Shown: piece after piece, positions 22,906 through 36,120 of the stretch
Layout of the letters: every line of letters starts with the position of its first letter
How positions within the stretch are numbered: the first letter of the stretch is position 1
Origin: Eledone cirrhosa
Lineage: Eukaryota
Direction: 5' to 3'
Assembly (NCBI GenBank): GCA_964016885.1
Contig: OZ024740.1
Location: forward strand, 397,544,001 to 397,608,000
DNA: 64,000 nucleotides
Made by a program: the position numbers and the translations under genes
Notes under the pieces: generated by a model
What the model was told of the DNA's origin: nothing
The model's database searches: none
What the model saw: only the letters and a program-made list of their open reading frames with translations

Positions 22906-24132
22906 CATCATCATCATCATCATCACCGTTTTATGTCCGTTCTTCCACGCTAGCATGGGTTAGACGGGTTGTCCTGTTGTGGGCAGTGTCTGGTCGGCTG
23001 ACCATGCCTTGCTCATACAGGAACTGATCTGGCTCGATTTCTACAGCTGGATGCTCTTCCTAACACCAACCTCATTTACAGTGAGTGCTGGGTGCTTTTT
23101 CGTGGCGCCTACACGTCCACTTTACAGTGTGGGCTGGGTGCTTTTTGCCGTGGCACCTCCACTACCACCTTGCGGTGGGGGGTGTGGGGGCATATTGTCT
23201 ATATGCTTCAGCTTGTACCCATGGGAGGTCGGGTACTCTGTATCACTGCGTGACGCCAGAAGTCACGGTCGTGTGTCATTGTCTTTGAGAGGTGTAATTG
23301 GGTAAGGTCGGCTTTTATCACCTCATCCCAGGTCATCTTGGGTCTCCCCACTCCGCGGTTTCCATCAACTTCTAGTGCTCTGCACCTTTTTATGCAGCTG
23401 TCATCCTTCATACGCATCACATGTCCATACCAGCGCAACCGCCTCTCCTGCACACAGCATTTGATTCCTCTTATGCTCAGTCTCTCTCTCAATTCATTTA
23501 TGCTTTGTCGTTCACGTATATTACTGTTACACATCCATCGGAGCATGCAGGCTTCGTTTCTCTCTAATCTACGTAAGTCTTCCACCTTCAGCGCCCAGGT
23601 CTCACTACCATGCAACATCGCTGTTCGGGTACACGCATCATACAGTCTGCCTTTCATTCTGAGGGAGAAGCCTTTTGCAGCTAGCAGTGGTAGTAGTTCC
23701 CTAAACTTCTTCCATCCCGTTCTTACCCTAGTTATTGTACTTTCTGAACACCCACCTCCGTTGCTAATTCGGTCACCTAGGTAGCAGAAGCTGTCTACTG
23801 TTTCTACAGGGCCCTCCCAGAGATTGGTGGTACTTGTTTCCTGTGGCTGTTTGCTGCTTGCTGTCCCAGCACAGCTGCTGCATATGAATCCTACATTCTT
23901 AATTAAGCTTCCTGAGATCCTGCTACATCTCTTGTGTACCCATTGTTTGCATTTGGGGCAGAGAATGGAGTTCCTACCTACACCTTTCCTACATACTGAG
24001 CAAGGCCATTTCCCTGAGGAGATCTGGGTTCTGTTTTCTCGTCTACTTACAAGGACCTTAGTCTTTGTCATGTTGACTTTGAGACCCTTTCTTTCTAGTC
24101 CCTGCTTCCAAGTTTGGAATTTATTCTCTTCT
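22906..24132 (-). mobile_element. 5'-truncated RTE family C
   Basis: ORF 23208-24071 (Cys-rich insert and RT C-terminus), distinct 3'UTR, (GAT)n tail. Confidence 0.9.
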
Positions 24133-25427
24133 CAAAGACCCTGAAAAGACTAATGAGCACTGACTAAGTGATAGAAGAAAACTACTTATGCATAAATGTG
24201 ATAATCTTTGTGTTTGTGTATTCTTAACTGACACAAGAAAGATTGATCGACAAAATCCCAGACCTCATTTGCTTAATGAGTGGGGTGGAGCTTATCAAAT
24301 GGGACCGAGGAAACAATGTTTCCATTGGTCTTTCCAATTGCTAATACTATCTTTCGGTTGCAACTCCAGGCAGAAGGAGCAACATGAAATAAAGTGTCTT
24401 GCTCAAGGACATAACGCATTGCCCATTCTGGGAATTGAAATCACAACCTTACGATTGCAAATCCAATTCTCTAACCACTCAACCACGCGCTGACACAAAT
24501 AAGATTAAAATATAATGCAATGTAGCTACTCTTACTATATTCTGTACTAAATATCATAGAAACTTATAACTGTCTCGGTCAATAGGATGTCAGCTTGCTG
24601 GTCAAATGATTTATGACTTCTGTTCTATCATTGACCCTACATTGCATCTGTTATTGACATTTAACTCACAAAAATTCAGTTTACTTTGTAAATGTATGAA
24701 TCCATAACTCCTGATGGAGTCATAGGAGCACCATAGTGACATAGAGCCCATTTCCTATCCATGCCTGAACACGGCCGACTTCTTCCAGAGAAGGAGAGAA
24801 ACAGTGAGGGAATGGAAGTGAAAAAGAGATATAGAGGAAGAATCAATCCTAATACTGGACTGATACTTTTTTATCAACGTTAAAAGGATGAAAGGCAAAA
24901 TTGACCTTGGTGTGATTAGAACTTAGAGTGCAGAGAGTGAAACAAATACTGAAAAGCATTTTATCCAATATTCTAATGACTGCTAATTTGCCACGTTTCT
25001 TGAAAATAGATACTATATATTAGATAGTATCCATCTGAAGTAAGAAGGGTACTCTATAATTGACAAATCTGTTGTTATCTTGCAGTGTTGAGTTCAAAAT
25101 GTCCAGTGTTCTGTGTAATTTGATGTGTTATGAAATATTTTCAGTTACTGTCATTGAACTTTATTAATCAACAGAGCCATGTTTCCTGTATAGTAACTCT
25201 TCTGGATGTTGCATGATCCAGGTTAGAATAGGTACACTATGTCCCTGTGTGTTGTAAGAAGCAATTAAAATAGTTGGTTCTAGAAAGGGCATCTAGAAAG
25301 GAGGGCACCCTGCTTTAGCAGGGATTAACCACTTTGATTGTCCTTAACAATTGTCTAGATTCTCATATTTTTAGCAATATGCCACATTTTGGCTCCTCAT
25401 CTTTTACATTGTTTTCTACTATTGCAG

Positions 25428-25544
25428 TATGCTGCTTGGGATCTGGCATTTCATATGATTCCATTCAGTTTTCTTGATCCAGATTTTTCAAAGAAACAAC
25501 TTCTCTTACTGTTATCAGATAATTATATACATCCAAACGGTCAG
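25428..25544 (+). CDS. GH63 YMR196W-like, exon 7 in window
   Basis: ttgcAG / GTaagc; phase 0-0; [39 protein letters not shown] (AWDLAFH and HPNGQ motifs). Confidence 0.94.
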
Positions 25545-26684
25545 GTAAGCCTATCCATATTTCCGTTTAGTATTGAAATCATCATCATTCTCATCATTCA
25601 CCATTTCCCCTGCAAGCAGGCTGAGATTTATTTATCTATACTGATGAAGAATTTATTTATTTATAAGAAGAATAGCAACACAAGTGTTGAAATGAAATAT
25701 ATCTAGCAGAAGGAAACAGTATCTGTGGGAGGCTCTGTGAAGAATACTCTTGTGAAAAGCACATTTGCGGGACTTGAATTGATGAATGAACTTGACAAAT
25801 CAACTAAAAATGAAAAGAGAAATATATAGGAGGTTTTTTGTGTTGTTTGTAAATATTGAAAGGATATCCAACATTAGCTTTGTTATTATGTTTGAGCAGA
25901 GCTGACTTGTGTCTGAACAACAACACACACACACACATGTTCTCGACTCTTTGTATGAATTCTTTCTTTAGTTGCGTGTGGAAGGTGTCAGTGGACATAA
26001 TACACATTTATAAAGATTCAATCAAAATTAATTTTATCAAAAATAAAAGTTGAGAAAAAAGTGGGTGGGTGAGACCTGCACACTCAATCATATGCCAAAA
26101 CAAGGAGTGCCTGAGGTTATCCCTAATAATTTTTGAGGCAAGCCAACATTCGTAGCATTGCTAAGGCACTGGAATAACCAAGCAACCTCACCTCATGAAC
26201 ATCACTTGGCAAGTCACCAAAAATGACAAGAATTTTGTTATTAGTGACCCAGCTCCTGCAAACATCTCAAACACCACTGGCTGAAGAAAATAGTTAGCTG
26301 ATAACTCCTGGTATTTTAGAATTTTATTTCATCAACTACAGATAGTGATTCTCACCTTTACTACAGCATTCAACAACTTTGAAGTTCAAATCCTGTTGGA
26401 GTTAACATTGCTCTTTCAATCCTATATTAAAATAAATAACAGAAATATATTAACACTATAGTCCTTACAACTTACAAAATATTATGTGCCTTGATCAACC
26501 AATTAATATCTAGTCTTCACCAATTTAGCAAAGAATAGGACCAAAGAAATTAAAGCCACTAGCAACCACAGACTCTCAGAATTACATAAATGTTATTCTT
26601 TCTTTTAGAAAACTGTTATATTCTGATTTTGTTCTCTACTTGTTTGCTATTTTTCAGGAGTTAATACACATATTTAACTTCCAT

Positions 26685-26923
26685 ATTATATGTTAAGGGT
26701 GGTGGATTGACAGTAATTGGTAGAGTGTCAGACACCATGCTTTGTGGCATAGTTATGACCCTTTACATTCTGACTTCAAATCCCACTGAGGTTAGCTTTG
26801 CCTTTCATCCTTACAGGGTTGATAAAATAAAGCATCAGTAATTCACTAAGGTCGATTTAATCGACTTTCCCCTCTCCCAAAATTGTTGGCCTTGTGCCTA
26901 AAGCAGAAACCATTATATGTTAA
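26685..26923 (+). mobile_element. SINE with TSD ATTATATGTTAA, ending ~30 nt upstream of the exon 8 acceptor
   Basis: SINE core; TSD at 26685-26696 and 26912-26923. Confidence 0.82.
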
Positions 26924-26954
26924 TTAACTGGTTTTTTGGGGGGTTTTTTTTCAG

Positions 26955-27097
26955 ATTCCTGCATATGAATTTAACTTCAGTGATAACAGCCCCCCTGTAC
27001 ATTGTTGGGCATGTCTTTCTGTTTACTACAACTCTGGTTCAGATGATGTTAAATTTTTAAAGAAATGTTTTCATAGATTATTATTGAATTACAACTG
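26955..27097 (+). CDS. GH63 YMR196W-like, exon 8 in window
   Basis: ttttcAG / GTaagt; phase 0-2; IPAYEFNFSDNSPPVHCWACLSVY...FLKKCFHRLLLNYNW; not in ORF track. Confidence 0.94.
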
Positions 27098-27370
27098 GTA
27101 AGTTTACAAGTTTATCAGTCATGTTATAAAATAAATACTAATTTTGTGAGTGTATGTAGAAAACAGAAATGTTTTCCAGAGTTAAAAAATATTTAAGTGA
27201 ACAAGTGTACAACAACTTGTGATCAATATCATGTGTTCCTGCTAGTTTTTAAAATAGTAAACAGAAAATAACTAAACTTTATTCTATTACTGGCTAAGAG
27301 GTAGTCAGGTAACTGTTGGTGGTTGAAGGTGTTTGATGACTAGTAGAGGCTGAAGATGAATTTAGAAGAA

Positions 27371-28184
27371 TGACACAGATTTTTATTTTTCCTTTTTTGA
27401 TTAGCCTGTTATTACAATTGCATTCACATCTAGAATGCATTATAAAATTGATACCATTACTTGATGGATACTATATTTTATTGATCCTAGAAGGATGACA
27501 AAGTTGCCAAGACACTCAATCTCTCTGAATCAGTCCATATCACTATAACTAGGTACTACGAGTAGTTAAAGTCCTCCTGTGGGCTTTGACCATAATATAA
27601 ATGCTCACACCATAGTTATCATTTAATTCTACCACTCCTAAAGAAAGAGACTAAGCTACAGCAGTAACTGGAAGTTTATATTGCTGATATCCAGGTGAGT
27701 CAGGGATAGTGGATTCTATGTAGACAGAGAGATTACTGCCTTTAGAAGAGAAACTGAAATATAGAATGCAGCCTGAACAAAAAAGATAAGTTAGAGCTAT
27801 TCTCTGCCACAAACTGAGCAACAGAGAATTGTTAAACATGGTATCTAGTCTTGCGAGTGTATAATTGTTGAACTTCAGAAGAATTTATTAATATCAAACC
27901 TAATTTTGTGTAGGAGTGGTAGAATTAAATGATCACTATGGTGTGAGCATTTATATTATGGTCAAAGCCCACAGGAGGACTTTAACTACCCGTATTACCT
28001 AGTTATAGTGATATGGACTGATTCAGAGAGATTGAGTGTCTTGGCAACTTTGTCTCTCATCCTTCTAGGATCAATAAAATATAGTACCCATCAAGTAATG
28101 GTATCAATTTTATAATGCATTCTAGATTTGAATGCAATTGTAATAACAGGCTAATCAAAAAAGGAACAATAAAAATTTGTGTCA
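27371..28184. repeat. Long inverted repeat, ~270-bp arms with ~270-bp spacer
   Basis: 27371-27640 is the reverse complement of 27911-28184 with scattered mismatches. Confidence 0.9.
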
Positions 28185-28611
28185 GTGAAACTTAAACTCA
28201 GACTCTCATCATCATCATAACTCATAAAGAGGAGACAGAGAAAGAGAATGTAAGAGAGAGAGCTGGTGGTGGTGTTGGGTATATATATATATATGTGTGT
28301 GTGTGTCTATATCCAGTATATATAGATCACAGGCACACACATATATATACACACACACATACATATATATATATATGTACACACGCACACATTTATATAT
28401 ATACACACACCTATATATATATATGGGCCTTCCAGTTTCATTTCACATTATATACGTGTCTGTGTATATTTTAATTATTTAAAAATTATTATTAAGTGAA
28501 CATGGTTTTTTTTTTATATTTTGAAGTGAATGTGACCCAACGGGTCACAGGTGATCTAGTACAAAATAAAAGACAAATTACCCAGAATTTTTTTGTGTGT
28601 TTTGTTTCTAG

Positions 28612-28735
28612 GTGGATAAACACAAATAAAATTCCTGGCTCTACTCACTTGTATTCTGGAGGTTTCTTAGGTATGGACAATATATCAATTTACAATCGGT
28701 CTTATGGGGTACCACCTGGATATATTCTTGCACAG
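28612..28735 (+). CDS. GH63 YMR196W-like, exon 9 in window (putative catalytic-acid motif)
   Basis: tttctAG / GTgagt; phase 2-0; WWINTNK...SGGFLGMDNISIYNRSYGVPPGYILAQ (GGFLGLDNI motif). Confidence 0.94.
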
Positions 28736-29361
28736 GTGAGTTTTTAAGTACTTTTGTCATAGAATCTTAACAAACCTTGTTTTTGAAATTAATATAAGAG
28801 TTATTTTTCATAATATAGTTAATTCATCATTGAAAATTATCATTGCAATGTTGTTAAAGTCAATATGTTGTTAGTCTTGAAGAACAAGCAGCTGGAACCT
28901 AGAGTGATAATTTTTGCAGTCAATCATTCACTCGAAAATAACAATGATAGAGGTGCAATGGCTCCAAGATTAAGGTGTTGAACTAGTGACCACATACATA
29001 TAAATTCAACTTTACTACAATAATTGTGTTAAATTCCTGAGTAAGATATAACCGTTTGCTTCAGTTTGTCTGATTGGCAAAAATAGATTCAGTTCTTTCT
29101 TCACAATTATGTAGTTAGCACTGGAAAAGTTAACCAACTGTAAAAACAATTACTCCAACAAAAATCATGCTGCAAGAAAAACATAGATGTTAAACAACAT
29201 AACTTCTGAGTTCAAATCCCACCAAGGTTAAGTTTACCTTTCATCGTTTTCAGTTACCCAAATAAAACATCTTTGATGCAGTATTCTATGGCTAGATGAC
29301 CTTCCTAATATCCACTCTTACTTTATTTTTCTCCAAACATTTTGACTAATTTTGTATACAG

Positions 29362-29521
29362 GCTGATGCTACTGGATGGATGGCATTCTTCTGTGTAAAA
29401 ATGTTTGAAATGGCTATTGTGCTGTGTAAAACTGATCCAGACTATGCTGATGTAGCAACACAGTTCCTTAAATATTTTATACACATAGCTGAAAATGGAT
29501 CTCTTCCTACCAACAAAGCTG
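29362..29521 (+). CDS. GH63 YMR196W-like, exon 10 in window
   Basis: atacAG / GTaagt; phase 0-1; ADATGWMAFFCVKMFEMAIVL...YADVATQFLKYFIHIAE. Confidence 0.93.
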
Positions 29522-30610
29522 GTAAGTTATTAAGCCTTTTCGTACTAAACTGCTTGGAACCAACTCTGATTTTATGATACAAATGTTTGTATCATAGAAC
29601 TAGAGTTATAGAATGTGGGGGAGTGGCACGGCAATGGCAGTGGGGAGGGTGACAGCAGCAGTAGTAGTTGGTATCTTGTTAGTTTAGAGGAAACCAAGAA
29701 CTGTTGTAGGAGAAATATAAGAGATATTGGGAAGACATATTATTTCAAAGGTTTAGTGGTTAGAGCATTGGATCAAATACCTTGTGGTATTTGTTCTGGC
29801 TCTTTATGTTCTGAATTCAAATCCCACCCAAATCAATTGTGCCTGTCTTTCTTCTATGGCTGATAAAAAAAGGTATGAATCCAAACTGGAAGATTATTGG
29901 AATTGTTAGAGCATTGAACAAAATGGCAGTATCAGGACTGATGATGATGATTTTGAAAATCAGGGGACATATGGTGAAATCTTTCTGGGATCTGGAATTA
30001 TCAAAAGGTTAAGAACCTATAGCCTAGAGATTCCCTCTGATAGTAGTGATGTTCATTTTGTTTATTAAGATGATGATGATGATGACTAATGATAATGATG
30101 ACAAACTGTAAATGTAAAAACTCATACTACCATCGTCATTTTACATCCATTTTTACTATGCTGGCATGGAATTGATGTGTACCATAGCATCTCTTCTCTT
30201 GCCAAAGTCCTTTGTCATCTGGTATGTACAACAACAGAAAAAGTATCAATCTTTGTTGATGTGTATGTTATATTTTTAGCATGGGTTTCACAGTTAGTAT
30301 CCTTCCTATTTCCAACCACTTTACAGTATAGTCTGGGTGCATTTTTTCTAGCCCATTAACGGGACCAGAATAAGTCCTTTTGAGGTCCTAAGCACTTGAA
30401 AGATTATGGTGTGTGTGTGTCCATATATAAAGTCTACAATTTTTTTTAATGACAAATACATTTAATTTTAATAAAATGGAACCACTATTCCCTTGATGCC
30501 CTAAGTATGTGCTTATTTTGCTTAATGGTTAATCCAGCTCTGCATTTTAGTGTCTTGTGTTTGAAACACTGGGACTGTAGTTGTAATATATCGCTTTCTT
30601 GCTTTTCCAG

Positions 30611-30810
30611 GATTTTGGCATGAGGAGGATAAATTTTTCTATGATATGTTGATTTCCCAAGAATCTGACACAATAATTCCACTCTGTATACGGTCACTAG
30701 TAGGTCTCATTCCTTTGTTTGCTACTACTGTCATCGATATTTCATCAATAGAAAAAGCTATTCCTGAGCTTTATAGTGTCTTGAAAGAGAATGCTTCCAC
30801 CAGTAGCAAG
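30611..30810 (+). CDS. GH63 YMR196W-like, exon 11 in window
   Basis: tttccAG / GTatga; phase 1-0; GFWHEEDKFFYDML...IRSLVGLIPLFA...; not in ORF track. Confidence 0.93.
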
Positions 30811-31029
30811 GTATGAATTATTTTGCTGCTGTTGTTGTTATTGATGTTGTTATGATTGGTATTTCTATTAAGGTTGGTGGATTGGCAGAATCATTAGAGT
30901 GTCAAACAAAAGACTTTGCATCTTTGCATCATCTCTTTTGACCCTTTATGTTCTGAGTTCAAATCCTATGATCATAAGGATACATAAAACACATAGGGTC
31001 TGAAAGAACTACTTGTGCTTACCAACATC

Positions 31030-32560
31030 TACAACTACTCCTATCAACATTGTCAAATTCTCATTTTCTAGAAGCTTGAGAAAATTAACAAAGATGCCAC
31101 TGAAGTAACATTAAATATATCCATCATCCTCTTATGCACACATTCAGAAATTCCAGAAAGTTTAATCTTTGACATCATTTACCCACACAAACTCCTTTCT
31201 AAATCACAACATGAATTCAGTTCGCTACACTCAATTGCAACACTGCTCATGAACCTAACACAGAAAATACATGATAGCTTCAACAACAGAAATAAATCAC
31301 CCACACAACACACTATCATCAACTTGAACAAAACTTTCAACTAAATTTGTTTCTATTCATTTATACAAAAAATGCTCATCAACACCTTAAGAAACAACAC
31401 CAAACTAGTCTAGTCACCTTTCCTATTTAGTATACTAGAGCAACATTTCTGGAACTAACAATTCCTCATAGAGATTCATCTTCTCACCTACCTTTCCAAA
31501 CTTCCTCAAAATATACAGCCTCATATGCAGATGATATCACACACAGGCCCTACCATTACACAGCTACAAAATTACTTCAACCTTATATGAATCATTTATA
31601 AACCTAGGTCCTCAACAACTGGCTTAAATAGCCCTGATCAAATCCATTGTCATTCTTATCAACAAATTCAAAGAATGCCAAATATAACCACCCATCACAC
31701 ACAACAGCACAAAGGCACCTCACACACAGAAGACAAAAATACTAAGAGTTATATACAACACTTCCACAACATTCACTAAACACATAGAAGACATAGTAAG
31801 GAAAGAAAAGCAATGCATAAACATAATAAATAGGGAGACACAAAGCAGGCTTTGTTTACAAACGGCTAGCGGATTTGAAAATTAGGTAGTAACATGTGCT
31901 TACACCGTATTTGACTACATAGAATTAGTCTGTTTGTTGGGAATTTAAAAAACCCTCTGGGTGGAAAAAAGGATGAGTACATGGGACCAAAGATGTGGGT
32001 TCATGTCCCATGTATGTCAATACTCATCTTTTTTTCCATTCAGAGGGTTTTTTTTAAATCCCAACTCACAGACTAAGCACATGTTACTACCTAATTTATA
32101 AAAATAATAGATTGAACATGTAACTGGACATGCAAGGAGCACAGTTTGTTAGTTATCTGCAACCACATGACAAATTATCTCCAAACACTCTGACAACTTA
32201 CAGCACACCAGAAGACTACTACAGCAGCATCCTAAAATCACTATCCCCCATCCACCACCACTCAGCCTAGAAAAACATGAAAACATCAACACCGTCAGAA
32301 ATAGCTGCAACATCAATAGCTCCACTAACCCAAAATACTGTGATGGGATGCATCTGTTGTGACTACCACAGGAATCTGTGAGCATACAGAAATTGACTGA
32401 GAGTGGAGAGAGTACAACATGTACACCTCATGTGATTCATCACTGCATGGTGAAGTGTGCCTTATGATCCTCAGATTTGTAGAGACGTGGTATAATTGAC
32501 AAAACAGATCTGTGAAATGTCCTATCTGCATGCCATAGTTCTGCTCATTCATGGTTGATC
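31030..32560 (+). mobile_element. Highly degraded Jockey/I-group LINE RT relic
   Basis: Remnant motifs LLSTLS, QHEFSS.HS, SYADDIT (~31520-31540); CA-rich sense strand; many stops. Confidence 0.5.
31879..32097. repeat. Short fold-back / MITE-like hairpin
   Basis: aaattaggtagtaacatgtgctta...tacatgggac versus gtcccatgta...taagcacatgttactacctaattt; ~17-nt loop, internal bulges. Confidence 0.8.
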
Positions 32561-33224
32561 TGGGATGCAGCAAAAGCAATCACTTCATTTTACTACTTTT
32601 CACTGTCAACAGATATATCTTTCACCTTTTACCACCATTGCACCCAAATAACTCTGCAGTGATTCAAGGAAAAGGCCTATCGTGGTTGCTCAACTTTCTA
32701 GAAATAACAGCCAAATTTCACTTATATCATACATTACTATCTTAAAAAGGAAGAATACATTGGATGATGTAGTTCTATACCTGGATAAAAGATGGAATCA
32801 TCATAGATGGAATATCTTTGATCATATGTCTGCTCTATCAAGACTGACCTGGGGTTAAACAACCGCAGCTATTTCTACACAATTCAACTGGTACATGTAA
32901 TTACAACTACATACTACTACTACACCACATTTATTTAGTCATTACTCCTATCTATACTTATACAAATATGAGCCAACAAGGAAGACTCTACATGGTTGCT
33001 CAACCTGCTAGAGATGGTAACTAAATATCCCTCAAATCATACCCTATCCTCTTATAAAAACAAAAAAAAAAAAAAATATAGTCTAGGAAAAAAGATGGTG
33101 TCATCACAGTTGGAATGTCTTTGATTATATGTCTGTTCAAACAACAATAACTATATCTATATATTATCTCTAGATATTCATCATATTCATTGGTTATGAT
33201 TGTAACTGTTTTTTTTCTGTCTAG

Positions 33225-33350
33225 GTGGAAATAAAAGAAAACAGATTATTCGTATCATTTGTTTCTTCAGAACAGTTTGACCATATTCTTGCTCCACTAT
33301 TCAATGAGGCAGAATTCTTGTCTCCTTTTGGAATTAGATCTCTTTCAAAG
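33225..33350 (+). CDS. GH63 YMR196W-like, exon 12 in window
   Basis: gtctAG / GTctgt; phase 0-0; VEIKENRLFVSFV...LFNEAEFLSPFGIRSLSK (EFLS.YGIRSLS motif). Confidence 0.92.
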
Positions 33351-33611
33351 GTCTGTTAACTTTTCTTTCACATCCTACTAATTAAAAGTATTTTCACAGT
33401 GTGAGTTGTGAGAGAGTGCACATGTGTGTGTGAGTATATGTGTGTGTGTGTGCACATGCTTTTACTAAACTTAAGGGACAAAATCACTCCTTGAAGGATT
33501 TCAACTGAGAAATATGATATATATATGTAAATATGAAGTTTTTATAAGAAACTTAGAAGCTTCTTTGAATTATTATTTTTTTTTTTTTTGCTATAGAAAA
33601 ATAGTCTAAAT

Positions 33612-33809
33612 CAGGCATGTCAAACATGCGGCCCTTTACAAGCACACCTGCAGCCGCACAAAGGTTTTTAAAGCGCGAGCATGATTTATCTTCATAATAT
33701 AAAATAAAAAATGTGTTGTAATGTGCATAATTAGTTGTCATGTGTGGCCTTCAGACAACACATATGGGACCTATGTGGCCCTCAGGGGACCCTCAGTTTG
33801 ACCTGCCTG
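33612..33809. mobile_element. Non-autonomous hAT (Charlie-like) MITE
   Basis: TIRs CAGGCATGTCAAAC / GTTTGACCTGCCTG (1 mismatch); 8-bp TSD GTCTAAAT at 33604-33611 and 33810-33817. Confidence 0.88.
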
Positions 33810-34027
33810 GTCTAAATAATGGAGCATATAAGTCCCCTTAATGGAAAAAAACAGGCAATTTTCATTAAGGGGGCTTATTCACATACACACAAACAGAGAC
33901 ATATATATTTTTTATATGCAAGTATAGACATACATATGAGAGAGTACAACTAATACCAGTTTTGTTCAATGGAGGAATTAATAAAACTCAATTCATGAGA
34001 ACATAATAACATTATATTTGGGAAAAG

Positions 34028-35228
34028 TAAACAAGCTTTCAATTCTGTGCCACACAAAAGGCTTATGGCAAAACTCTCTGCAATGGGTGTGAAGGATGAT
34101 CTTTTTAACTGGTTGAAGTCCTTCATTCTCAGTCGAAGAGAGGTAGTCACGGTTCTGGGACAGCATTCCTCACCATATGAGATGTCATCTGGTGTACCAC
34201 AGGGATCTGTTCTTGGCCCCCTTTTGTTTGTGGCATATATTAATGACATAGATGCCAACTTAAAGAATGCCACAGTACTGAAATATGCAGATGACATCAA
34301 GCTGTACCTTGAGATAAAAAGGACAGATCCTGAATACTATAGATCTTGCCTGCAGTCTGACCTGGACACAATGCAGCAATGGATCACAGACTGGCAACTC
34401 AAGCTAGCTGTGGAAAAGTGCACCAGCATGCATTTTGGGAGTAAAAACCCAACATCCACATACTCCCTCCACAACACTAATATCAAGAAGTCCTCTTGTG
34501 AACATTACAGTCAACAGCGATTTGCGTTGGACGAAGCACGTCTCTAAAATTGTCAAGAAGGCCGAGGGTGTCTTAGCATCACTCAGCAAGACCTTTGTCA
34601 GCCGCTCTCCAGCTATCTATTTAAAGTTGTACATGGCTATGGTGCGGCCACACTTAGAATTTGCATCACCAGTCTGGAACCCCTATCTTGCTCAGAACAT
34701 TGATCGCCTGGAAACTGTTCAGAGACGTGCAACCAAGCAAATACCCTCCATCAGGCATCTACCATACTCTGAACGCCTTGCTTCCCTGGGCATGGATACA
34801 TTGAAGCTCCGACGTCTGGCAACTGACTTAGTAAACACCCACCAAATTATTAACCATCTTGCCAACAACAACCCTGAGTACCTTTTTGATTTCCATGTGT
34901 CTAACACACGTGGGCATGCCCAAAAAGTCAGAAAACAGCACAGTTCTCATGACTTTCGGAAACATTTTTTCATGCTGAAGCATGGAACAAACTATCTGCA
35001 TCAGTTGTTAGCTGTCGAAACACTGCATCCTTTAAAACTTCCATGCTTCCTGAGATTCACCAACACTATACCTGATATCCCCCCTCCATACACACACATG
35101 TATATCATGACTCATACACTATTCACTTCCCTGACATTTGTATATTATTCTATGTACTATACATGTACCTTTGACGAGTTGTAGTGCACCTGAGCACTTT
35201 ACACAAAAATTTCATTATTATTATTATA
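34028..35228 (+). mobile_element. 5'-truncated CR1-clade LINE
   Basis: KAFNSVPH, GVPQGSVLGPLLF, YADDIKLY, VRPHLEFASPVWNPY, LETVQRRATK, RGH; (ATT)n tail; frameshift ~34500. Confidence 0.9.
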
Positions 35229-35953
35229 AGATAAGAAAAAAATCAGCCTGTTTCTGAAAGAGCAGAAAGGATGCTGTAAATGCTCATATGATTGTAAAGG
35301 TCAATTATTGATCAACAACACCATATCCATAGATGGTAAAAGGGGAAAGAAGAGTCTGAACATGGCATGGATAGATTACCCAAAGACTTTTGATATATTC
35401 CCCAGATAACCTAAGTCCACTGAGTAAAGTATTAGTGCATGATAAAATGTACCTAGCCCACTCTATAAAATAATAGTTCTAGTGTCAAGATAAAATGGCA
35501 ATGATGATGATGAGGATATATAAGTGTGTGCGTGCATGTATGTTTATGTATATGTATATACCCAACCCATGAAAGTGTGAAAAAGTGGATGTAAAAACGA
35601 CCATGATGATGATTCTTGGGCCCTCATTTCCTGATGGAATTGTAAGGGCACCATTGTGGCATGCTGTGTACTGGATTTTTGTTGTGATAATGCGCCAGAT
35701 CTCAGGTCTCAGTTGTACCTGTAATTCAAAGGGCCAACCTTGTCACATTCTGTGTCATGCCGAATCTCCCTGAGAACTACGTTAAGGCTACGCATATCTG
35801 TGGAATGCTCAGTCACTTGTACATTAATTGCATGAGCAAACTTTTCCATTGAATGTAACAACTGGAACACGCGTCACCCAACGGAGTGCTGAAGCACGGA
35901 ACAAACTACCTGCATCGGTTCTTAACTGCTGGGACACTGCATCCTTCAAAACC

Positions 35954-36073
35954 TTCTTCTTCTTCTTCTTCTTCTTCTTCTTCTTCTTCTTCTTCTTCTT
36001 CTTCTTCTTCTTCTTCTTCTTCTTCTTCTTCTTCTTCTTCTTCTTCTTCTTCTTCTTCTTCTTCTTCTTCTTC
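35954..36073. repeat. Perfect (TTC)40 microsatellite
   Basis: 120 nt of uninterrupted TTC following a short CR1 3' fragment (~35870-35953). Confidence 0.97.
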
Positions 36074-36120
36074 AGAAAGATTTGATTTTCTTTATTAATG
36101 TTTTTTTCTTTCTTTTTTAG

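Noticed and set aside
27350-28200. Giant hammerhead using CTGAAGA (~27350) and GAAAC (~28187) around the inverted repeat
   Set aside because: No base pair closes stem II next to the core, there is no GUH after stem III and no stem I.
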